DNA of 55,711 nt from a virus (lineage: Duplodnaviria > Caudoviricetes), in the IMG/VR virus record IMGVR_UViG_3300046822_000225, positions 1-55,711 of that record. One strand, given 5' to 3'. A program made the position numbers and the translations under genes. Numbering within the stretch: position 1 is the stretch's first letter; every line of letters begins with the position of its first letter. The notes beneath the pieces are model-generated. The model made no database searches, was not told the origin of the DNA, and worked only from the letters and a program-made list of their open reading frames with translations. Shown in pieces: positions 11,076 to 19,400 of the stretch.

Positions 11076-11288
11076 ATGGCGGCCGGCGACATCTCAGCCG
11101 TCATGGTGATCCCCTACCCCGCGACGTTCGTGTTCGTTCAGGAAGGGCACGCCGGCACCACGCCCCGCGATGACGCCGGCAGCGTCAAGGATGGATCCGC
11201 GGGCAGCATCAACATCGACACGTCCGGGCAGCTCGGCCGTGACCAGGCCGGCACGCTTAACAGAGGGAAGGCGGGCATGGTGACATGA
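11076..11288 (+). CDS. Hypothetical protein
   Basis: Fills the gap; stop overlaps next start. Confidence 0.5.
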   Translation: MAAGDISAVMVIPYPATFVFVQEGHAGTTPRDDAGSVKDGSAGSINIDTSGQLGRDQAGTLNRGKAGMVT

Positions 11289-12442
11289 CGCTCTACGTCC
11301 GCGACCTCGAAGGCTTCACTCCGCTGCGCCGCCGCGACGGCCTCCCGTTCGTCGAAGCCGACATCGAGGAGGGCGCGAATGCGACAGGAGCGTTCACGAC
11401 GCTCGAGACACGCGCGCTCGACCCGATCGACATCGATCCTTCCCAGCCGGCGAGCCGTAGCTTCACGACGGCGCTCGCGACCATCCCGGCGGACTCGTTG
11501 CCTTGGTATCGCCTCACCTGGCGCGACGCCAGCGGTGCGACCGACACGAGCGACGCCGTGCAGTTCCGAGGAGGCGCGCCCGTCTCGCCGACGCCGCAAT
11601 TCGGGCTGCAGCGCGTTCTGATCGGTGCGCCGGCGACGATCAGCGCGCTGTTCTACGACCAGGACGGCGTGGCGATCGACCCGGGATCGGTGACGGTCTC
11701 GATCACCCGTGCTGACGGCACCATCCTCGTGATCACCGCAGCGACGACCGGCGTCGGCGCGGCGGCGCGCACGTTCACGCTCAGCGCCATGCAGACGTCG
11801 CTTCTGGACTTCCTCACGGCCGTTTGGACGAGCGCGACATTGGGGCCGCTGTCGACGCAGGTCGAGATCGTTGGTGGGTTCTTGTTCTCGGTCGCGCTGG
11901 CCCGCAGCCGCGGGCCGCTGGGTGACACAACGCTGTACCCGACGACCGTCATCCTGGACGTGCGCACATGGGCCGAGCAGCAACTCGAGGACGCCTGCGG
12001 GACCGCGTTCGTGCCGCGCTATGCCATTGACACGATCGTGGCTGGTGACTGGAACGCGGTGCGCCTGCCGAGCATGGTGACGGCGATCCGATCGCTCGCC
12101 ATCGACGGGGTCACGATGTCGCCCTCCTACATCGGATCGCTGAGCTTCAAGTCGGGCTGGCTGCTGGAGTCACATGCATGGGACCGACGGATGCCATGCG
12201 GTGAGATCGTCGTCGGCTACGAATACGGGTACAGCACACCGCCCGCGGCCGCCACGCGCGCCGCGCTCGATCTCGCGCACGACAGGCTGCTCAGCGACGC
12301 CGGGCAGAGCACGATCGATCCGCGCGCCACGCGCGTGATCACAGAGGACGGCGAGATCCGTCTCGACAACAGCGGCGGCCGATTCGGACTGCCGGCCGTC
12401 GACCGCTTCGTCGCCGCCCAGCGCCAGATGCGTCTCGCATGA
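11285..12442 (+). CDS. Head-tail adaptor/connector with N-terminal extra domains
   Basis: AEQQLEDACGTAF, VGYEYGYSTPP..A.LDLA pattern; position. Confidence 0.7.
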   Translation: MTLYVRDLEGFTPLRRRDGLPFVEADIEEGANATGAFTTLETRALDPIDIDPSQPASRSFTTALATIPADSLPWYRLTWRDASGATDTSDAVQFRGGAPVSPTPQFGLQRVLIGAPATISALFYDQDGVAIDPGSVTVSITRADGTILVITAATTGVGAAARTFTLSAMQTSLLDFLTAVWTSATLGPLSTQVEIVGGFLFSVALARSRGPLGDTTLYPTTVILDVRTWAEQQLEDACGTAFVPRYAIDTIVAGDWNAVRLPSMVTAIRSLAIDGVTMSPSYIGSLSFKSGWLLESHAWDRRMPCGEIVVGYEYGYSTPPAAATRAALDLAHDRLLSDAGQSTIDPRATRVITEDGEIRLDNSGGRFGLPAVDRFVAAQRQMRLA

Positions 12443-12765
12443 TCCCGTTCGCCAACGCCACGCTGACGACGATCACCGCTGCAGCGATCGCCGAGGACTA
12501 CGACCAGGCCGCGGTGCCCGGGGACGCGCGCTGGACAGGCGCGCTGGGGATCTACGTCTCGCAGGAGCTCACCCAGACGGAGGGCGATGGCGTCGACGAG
12601 ATCATCACGACGCGCCTGGAGATCCCCTACGCGATCGGTCAACTCGTCCAGCGCGGCGACACGCTGACCTACACGTTCGAGACCGCCGCCCACGCGCGCG
12701 TCGCGCGCAACCTGATCCGCTCCGAGCTCGTCGGGCGTGTCCGCGTGATCCTGGAGAACGCATGA
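12439..12765 (+). CDS. Putative head closure/stopper protein
   Basis: Size and synteny. Confidence 0.55.
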   Translation: MIPFANATLTTITAAAIAEDYDQAAVPGDARWTGALGIYVSQELTQTEGDGVDEIITTRLEIPYAIGQLVQRGDTLTYTFETAAHARVARNLIRSELVGRVRVILENA

Positions 12766-13136
12766 CCGTCGACCGCGCCGCGCTGACCGACCTACAGCAC
12801 GACATCACAAACGCCGCTCGCGAGGGCCTGCGTGACTTCGCGCAGGCCGTGCTGGACCTGGCGGCCCAGAACATCGGCGTCGGCGACCCGGCGCAGGATC
12901 CCGATCCTGCGCTGGTGCTAGCGATGTCCGGTCACATCACCGAGCACGACGACGGCCTGGCGGTCGCATTCGACGCGCCCTACGCGGCCAAGCAGCACGA
13001 AGACCAGCACCTGGAGCACCCCCGCGGCGGCGGCCCGAAATACCTCGAGCGCGCGCTGACCACGCTCGCGCCGACAGCCACACAGTTCATGGCGTCCAAG
13101 GTGAGCGCGCGGCTCGCGGCCGGCTTGCGGCGCTGA
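12762..13136 (+). CDS. HK97 gp10-like/minor capsid neck protein
   Basis: FDAPYAAKQHE..HPRGGGPKYLERAL motif. Confidence 0.75.
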   Translation: MTVDRAALTDLQHDITNAAREGLRDFAQAVLDLAAQNIGVGDPAQDPDPALVLAMSGHITEHDDGLAVAFDAPYAAKQHEDQHLEHPRGGGPKYLERALTTLAPTATQFMASKVSARLAAGLRR

Positions 13137-13137
13137 C

Positions 13138-13587
13138 ATGGCCAACCTGCTGACGGAGCTGCGAAATCACTTGGTCAGCGCCGGTGTCGTGCGCAACCCG
13201 CTTGTCGCCGGCGCGCAGCCGCCGATGTGGCTTGAGCCCAAGCTCGGTACCCCCGCGCCCGCAGAGAAGCCGCCACGCGGCGACGACACCCAGATCGGAC
13301 CGACCGCGGTCGTCGGCGCGCTGCTGACAGGCGGGATCCCGGCCGCGCCGTACATGTCGTTTGCGCGCAAGCCGATCGTCGACCTGCGTCTGCGCACCAC
13401 GACCGCGCTGATCGCCGAGCAGCTCGAGCTTGCGATCACCGCGGCGATCGCCGACCGCCGCGACTTCATGCTCGGCGCCATGTACTGCATCGAATGCGAG
13501 CAGTGGCGAGCGTTGCAGCGCTTGGGCTCCGGCCCACAGGGCTTCGAGTACGTGACCGCCTACGTCTTCGAGCTCCTCAGAACCTGA
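13138..13587 (+). CDS. Putative tail terminator
   Basis: Size and position before tail tube. Confidence 0.55.
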   Translation: MANLLTELRNHLVSAGVVRNPLVAGAQPPMWLEPKLGTPAPAEKPPRGDDTQIGPTAVVGALLTGGIPAAPYMSFARKPIVDLRLRTTTALIAEQLELAITAAIADRRDFMLGAMYCIECEQWRALQRLGSGPQGFEYVTAYVFELLRT

Positions 13588-13723
13588 CTTTCCAGCTCGC
13601 TTAGAGCTCGCTTAGAGCGACGCAGCACCCCCTCTCTTGCAGCGCCACATCGGCGCTGTCTGACCCGATCGCGGCCGGCTGCGGCCCGATCTGACCTGCA
13701 CGCCCCCGATGGGAGGAGCACCC

Positions 13724-14074
13724 ATGAGCAGCATCGCTTACGCGCTGCGCGCCGAGCACCACGACACCTACCTCGGTGGGGTGCTCGCAGTCGGCGACGA
13801 CAGCCTCGACATCCGCCAGGCACTGCAGGACGGCAATGGCGTGATCGTCGTGCCCGACACGGACACGATCCGCGTCACCGTCCTGGACGCCTACCCGCCA
13901 CTGCAGCGCGTCGACGTCCCGCAGGACGGCGCGCCCGCGCTACCCGTCGGGTACATAGCGCCGGCGGCCGCCGGCGAGGAGAGCGTGCCCAAGCCGAGGC
14001 GCTCGCGCTCCGCCGGCGACAGCGAGATCCCGGGCGACGCACAGCCCGCCACCGACGCCACCACGGAGGGCTGA
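13724..14074 (+). CDS. Hypothetical protein
   Basis: RBS GGAGGAG upstream of ATG 13724. Confidence 0.6.
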   Translation: MSSIAYALRAEHHDTYLGGVLAVGDDSLDIRQALQDGNGVIVVPDTDTIRVTVLDAYPPLQRVDVPQDGAPALPVGYIAPAAAGEESVPKPRRSRSAGDSEIPGDAQPATDATTEG

Positions 14075-14078
14075 CGCC

Positions 14079-15446
14079 ATGCCACAGGAAGTCAATCTCT
14101 ACGCGATCTGGGCCGGCAAGCAGACCGCGAAGGGCACCGAGAACACCACACCCGCACACCGCTTCGTGCAGGTCGGCGGCGATATCGCGATGTCGCGCGA
14201 CGAGGGCACCGAAGACTGGTCTGACCTGAGCAAGTACGGCGGCCAGACACAGTGGATCAACAGCCTCACAGGCGGCGGCACTCCCGCTTTGGAGGCCACC
14301 CCGTCGGAGATCGGCGCCCTGCTGTGGCTGATGCATGGCGGCGAGACCGCGACCGTCGGCACCGACCAGGTGCAGACGATCACCGCGGGCACCGCGACCG
14401 GCGGCACGTTCACGCTGTCGATCTACGACGGCGTCAACACGATCCTCGTCAGCGGCCTCGCTTTCAGCATCACGTCCGCCGCGCTGGACACCGCGATCGA
14501 GGCGGCGCTCGCCGCCGCCGGCTACGCCGCCAACCAGGTCGCGTGCGCGGGCGGCCCGCTGAACACCACGCCAATCACGGTCACGTTCAACGGCACGCAG
14601 ACCGCCAAGCGCCCGTGGGCTTTGATGGTCGTCGACGGCACCCTGCTGACCGGTGGCACCAGCCCCGTCGTCACCAACACGACACCGGGCGTGCGCACCA
14701 AGCACACGTTCACGCCGTCGCCGGTGCAGGGCTTCTGGGTCACGTTCGTGCGGCGCGTCGGTGGCACCAGCTACCTGCAGCGCCACTCGTTCCTGGATTG
14801 CATCATCGGCGGCCTCACCCTGGAGGGGTCCACGGCAACCAAGGCGCTGCGGATGAGCCCGACGGTGCTGTCACTGGATCCGGCAAAGGTGCTCTCGGCT
14901 GACCCGGCGCAGGCGCTGCCGACCGGCATCGACCTCAAGCCGTTCCTGTACACCGACGCGACATCTGCGTTCGTGTTCGCCGGCGTCGCGCTGCCGTCGC
15001 AGTCGGAGTTCACGTTCACGCTCAATGAGGACCGCCAGCCCGTCTACGGCGACGACGCCGTCCCCTACGACCTCGCGGTCGGCAACCCGAGCGCGCTGCT
15101 GTCGGTCACCGCGATCTTCGACTCACTGACCGGCGCTCGCTGGAACGAGCTCGCGTACGGCACCGCGGTCCCGACCGCTGGCACCAAGCCGTTGCGATCG
15201 GTCGCGGCGAACATCGCCTACTCGATGGACTTCCAGCAGAAGGACGGCAAGGGCAACCTGACCGGCAATCGCCTGAAGATCACGATCCCGGTGCTGCACT
15301 GCGTCGTCCCTGACGCGCCCGCGCCCAACGCCGCCGGCGGGAACGTCACCGTCACGTTCGCCGGCACCATCCTGCCGCCCGGTGGCGCCGGTCAGCCATA
15401 CACCATCGACGTCTACAACGCAGACCAGGCGGCCTACACCGTATGA
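14079..15446 (+). CDS. Major tail tube protein with inserted Ig-like domain
   Basis: Position; DQVQTIT..ATGGTFTL..AIEAAL..ITVTF insertion typical of actinophage tail proteins. Confidence 0.8.
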   Translation: MPQEVNLYAIWAGKQTAKGTENTTPAHRFVQVGGDIAMSRDEGTEDWSDLSKYGGQTQWINSLTGGGTPALEATPSEIGALLWLMHGGETATVGTDQVQTITAGTATGGTFTLSIYDGVNTILVSGLAFSITSAALDTAIEAALAAAGYAANQVACAGGPLNTTPITVTFNGTQTAKRPWALMVVDGTLLTGGTSPVVTNTTPGVRTKHTFTPSPVQGFWVTFVRRVGGTSYLQRHSFLDCIIGGLTLEGSTATKALRMSPTVLSLDPAKVLSADPAQALPTGIDLKPFLYTDATSAFVFAGVALPSQSEFTFTLNEDRQPVYGDDAVPYDLAVGNPSALLSVTAIFDSLTGARWNELAYGTAVPTAGTKPLRSVAANIAYSMDFQQKDGKGNLTGNRLKITIPVLHCVVPDAPAPNAAGGNVTVTFAGTILPPGGAGQPYTIDVYNADQAAYTV

Positions 15447-16288
15447 GCGCGATCGAGGTTCACGACCGCCAGATCACCGTCGAGCGCTTCACCGTCACCA
15501 AGGGCCTGCGGATCCTCACGCTGCTGCAGCTGATCCAGAAGATGGTTCCGCAGATCAGCAACGAGATCGCCGACTTCAAACGCGAATACGCCGCCAGCAA
15601 CGTGATAGAGCTCGACCGTGTGCAGGCCAAGATGCGCTATGGCCCGACGCCGATCATCGACGAGCACGGCGACGTCGTCCGCGACAGCGCGACCGGCGAG
15701 GTACTGACCGTGGCGTCACCGATCGACCGGATGACCGAGGCCGATTGGGAGCGCAGCGGCCAGATCCTGCGTCTGCGCCAGTCCCCGTCCAACGAGGAGA
15801 TGCTGCTCGCGGTGTTCCCGCTGGTCTACGAGCACGCGCAGGCACCCCTGATGCGGCTGCTCGCGCTCGTCGCGATGCCGAACGCCGACATCGAACGCTA
15901 CGCGCAGGTCAGCGGCGAGAAGCTGTGGGAGGAGGTCGACGAGTACGCGCGCCAGGTGATCGGCCCGGCGTACCTCGAGCAGGTCATGGAGCTCGCCGTC
16001 ACTGCCGCCGAACAGGTCGAGGGCCAGGTCATGGACAAGGTCCGAGGTCTCGGTGACCGCGTGGGGAAACTCGCGGGGCTGCTGGGGATCAAGAAGACGG
16101 CGGCGGCACCGTCCTCCGATGCCTCGCCGACGTCGAGCGAGCCTCCCGAGCAGCCGAGCTCCAGATCTGCTTCGCCTTCGCCCGCCAGTTCGGATGGCTC
16201 CCCGCCGACGTCAGCGCCCTCCCCTGGGACGTCGTCAACGCCTTCCGAGACGAGCTCGAACGCGAACACGACCGTGAACGCGAGCTGA
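15443..16288 (+). CDS. Tail assembly chaperone (G)
   Basis: Between tail tube and tape measure; slippery GGGGAAAC at 16063-16070. Confidence 0.8.
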   Translation: MSAIEVHDRQITVERFTVTKGLRILTLLQLIQKMVPQISNEIADFKREYAASNVIELDRVQAKMRYGPTPIIDEHGDVVRDSATGEVLTVASPIDRMTEADWERSGQILRLRQSPSNEEMLLAVFPLVYEHAQAPLMRLLALVAMPNADIERYAQVSGEKLWEEVDEYARQVIGPAYLEQVMELAVTAAEQVEGQVMDKVRGLGDRVGKLAGLLGIKKTAAAPSSDASPTSSEPPEQPSSRSASPSPASSDGSPPTSAPSPGTSSTPSETSSNANTTVNAS

Positions 16289-16413
16289 CGGCCGCTCAAC
16301 GCCCGCCCGGGCTGCAAGAGCTGCAGCCCACCCCCGAAGCACCCAACGCCGCCTACTGGGAGCGCCAACGCGCCCTGCAAGCCCTGCGCTCTGAACGAGC
16401 ACGACGCAACTGA
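16063..16413 (+). CDS. Tail assembly chaperone -1 frameshift extension (T part of G-T)
   Basis: Start-less -1 frame open from 16063 to TGA 16411-16413: GETRG..FAFARQFGWLPADVSALPWDVVNAFRDEL..RARRN. Confidence 0.8.
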   Translation, partial: GETRGAAGDQEDGGGTVLRCLADVERASRAAELQICFAFARQFGWLPADVSALPWDVVNAFRDELEREHDRERELTAAQRPPGLQELQPTPEAPNAAYWERQRALQALRSERARRN

Positions 16414-16433
16414 CCGATGGGATGTGACCTGAC

Positions 16434-19400
16434 TTGAGCGAGATCGATGTCGGCGGCATCGCGGTCCGCCTCGGATTCAAAGACGACAAACGCGGCTTTG
16501 ATGACTGGGAGCGCAACGTCGTGCGCGCGCAGCAGGTCAAGGACATCAACGCCCACCTCGGCGCCGAGTACGACGGCCGCGGGTTCGACACCTACTACCG
16601 CAAGCTCGATGAGACCAAGGCCCGTGTCGCCAAGCGCGACGCGTTCAAAGCAGTCCTCGGCGCCGAGTACGACGGCCGCGCGTTCGCCGCGATGGAACGC
16701 GATCTCGCCAAGGCCGATCGCGACATGCAGCACGCCCGCGCGCAGGCCGCCAAGCCGATCGTGGCGCAGCTGTCCGCCAAGAACAACACGCGCGGGTTTG
16801 ACCAGTGGGGACAGCGCGTGGACGGCAGCCGCCGCGACGCCGCGCGCGCCGTCGAAGCGCACCTGCGCGCCAAGGTCGACCCGGCCGGCTTCGTCGCGTA
16901 CGAGGCGGCTCTGAAGGCCAGCGAGGACAAAGCGCGCCGCCGTGAGGCCTTTCAGCTCGCGCTCGGCGCCAAATTCGACCCCAAGGCCTTCGATGCCTAC
17001 GAACGCACCGTCAGCTCGACCGGCGGGAAGGTCAGGGGGCTGGCGGGCCTGTTCGGGGTGCTGACGAGGTCAAAGGGCGAGACCGACAAGCTGATCACCA
17101 AGAACGTCGGCACGTTCGGCGGCCTGAGCGGCGCGGTCTCTGGATCGGGTGAGGCGGTCGGCGGACTCGCGGGTCGTTTCGGTGGTCTCAGCGGCGCGCT
17201 CCTGCCCTTGGCCGGCGTGCTCGCGGCCGCGATCCCGGTGTTCGTCGCGCTCGGCGGTGCGGCCGCCGCGCTTGCCGGGTCGTTCGCGGCCGCGCTCGCC
17301 GGCGCTGCCGCGGTCGGTGTCGGGATCGGTGCCGCGCTCGGCCCGCTCGCAGCGCTCGCCGGCGCAGTCGCGCAGCGCGTCGGGCTGATCAGTGCCGCAT
17401 ACACCGCGCTCGGAGCACAACACGACAAGAGCGGTCGAAGCGCGACCGCCGGCGCCGCGTCGCAGGCCGCCGCGGCGCAGCAGATCAAGAGTGCCGAGCA
17501 GGGCCTCGCGGATGCGCAGCGCACCGTCGTGCGCGCACAGGACGACCTGACCGCCGCGCGCTTCCGCGCACGCCGGGAAGTGATGGACCTCAAGACCGCG
17601 CTGGACCAGACCAACCTGTCCGAGCAGCGCGCGAACCTCAACCTCGAGCAGGCCGTCCGCCATCTAGCCGAGGTGCAGGCCGACCCGACAAGCTCGAGCT
17701 TCGACATCCGCGACGCGCAACTGGCCGTCAAGGAGGCCGGCGAGGCGCTCACCGAGGCTCGGACCGCGCGTAACCGCGCGATCACCGACGCCAAGAAGGG
17801 CACCGACACCGTCACTCGCGCCGAGCAGCAGCTCGCCGACGCGCGCCGCGGCGCGGCGCGCGCCGCTGACCAGGTCACACAGGCACAGACCGCGGCCGCC
17901 GCGGCGACCGCGAAGCAGAGCACCGCCGCCGACAGCGCACAGGCCGCGCTCGGCAAGCTCACCAGCACCGAACGCGGCCTGCTGACCACGGTCCGCAAGA
18001 CCGTCGGGGAGCTGCAGAAGACGTTCAAGCCCGCGACCGACGCGATCTTCGGCAGCGTCGACAAGGCGCTGAAGACCGTCGAGCCGCTGATCGCACCGTT
18101 CGCCGGCCGCTTCAAAGGCATCGGCTTGTCGATCGCCGGCGTCATCACCGGCGCCGCGAAGAGCCTGTCGGGGCCGGCGTGGGGTAAGGCGCTCAATGCC
18201 TTCATCGCGACGTCCCGCCGGATCGTCAAACCGATCGCGGACTCCATCGGGTCGGTGCTGATCACCCTGCGCAACATCGCGGTTGCAGCCCAGCCCTACG
18301 TCGTCGACCTCGCGCACTGGTTCGAGAGGGCTCTCGGTGGAATCGCCGGCAAGACGAAGGACGCAGGCAAGCTCGGCGACGTGATCAAGGGCCTCGTCGA
18401 CCAGACCAAGGCCTGGGCCGGATTTGCCACGTCGGTCGGGAAGCTGCTGTTCACGATCTTCAACGGCGGTGCCGCTGACGGCAAGAGCCTGGTGAGGACG
18501 CTCACCGATGTGGTGAGGGGCTGGACAAGGTTCCTGGACACCAAGCCCGGTCAGGATCGGCTGCGCAAGTTCTTCAAGGACTCCATCGACGCGACCAAGG
18601 CGATCGGCAAGGCGGTGATCGCCGTCGCCCCGGTCATCGCCGGGGTGACACTGAAGCTGGTGGAGTTGATCGGCTGGCTGGGCAGGCACAAGACAGCCGT
18701 CTACGCCGTGATTGCTGCGCTGGCCGGCCTGGCACTGGCTTATGGCGGCCCGATCACCGTCATCGCGACGATCACGACCGCCCTGATCTTCCTGTACGCG
18801 AAGTCCAAGCTGTTTCGCGAGATCGTTGGTGGCGCGTTTCATCTCGCGGGCAAGGCGATCACCGAGGGCCTCGGCACCCCGGTCGCTGTGATCAAGACGC
18901 TGGGCGGCGCGATCGTCACCGCCTACGAGAAGTCCAAGACCTTCCAGATCGTCGTCAACGCCGTGTTCCAGTTCGTGCGCAAGGCGGTCGGCGAAGCCGT
19001 CGATGGGATGCTCGGGGACCTCACGACGCTGCTCGCAGGCCTGTCGTCGTTTCTGACATTCGCGTCCAAGCTGCCGATCGTGGGCGGAGCGTTCAAAGCG
19101 GCCGCGCAAGGCATCGACGGCGCACGCGACGCGATCGATCACATGCGAGAAGCGCTGCGCCGAGGAAGCGACCCGCTCGGCGCGTTCGCGAAGGACGCTC
19201 AGGACATGCGCACACGCACCTACGCGTCGATCAGCGGGCTGCGCGCCGACGTGCAGGCGCAGATGAAGCTGATCAAGAGCGCGACGGTGGACGGCTCCGA
19301 GCAGGCCAAACAGGCGATGGCGACCAACTTTCAGTCCGCGATCGCGGCACTGCAGAACTCGATGCATGCCGGGACGATCTCCGTCAAGAGGGCGCTCAGG

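Noticed and set aside
13594-13618. Tandem AGCTCGCTTAG x2 in the gap before ORF 13724
   Set aside because: Only two copies and no recurrence noticed elsewhere; no function can be supported.
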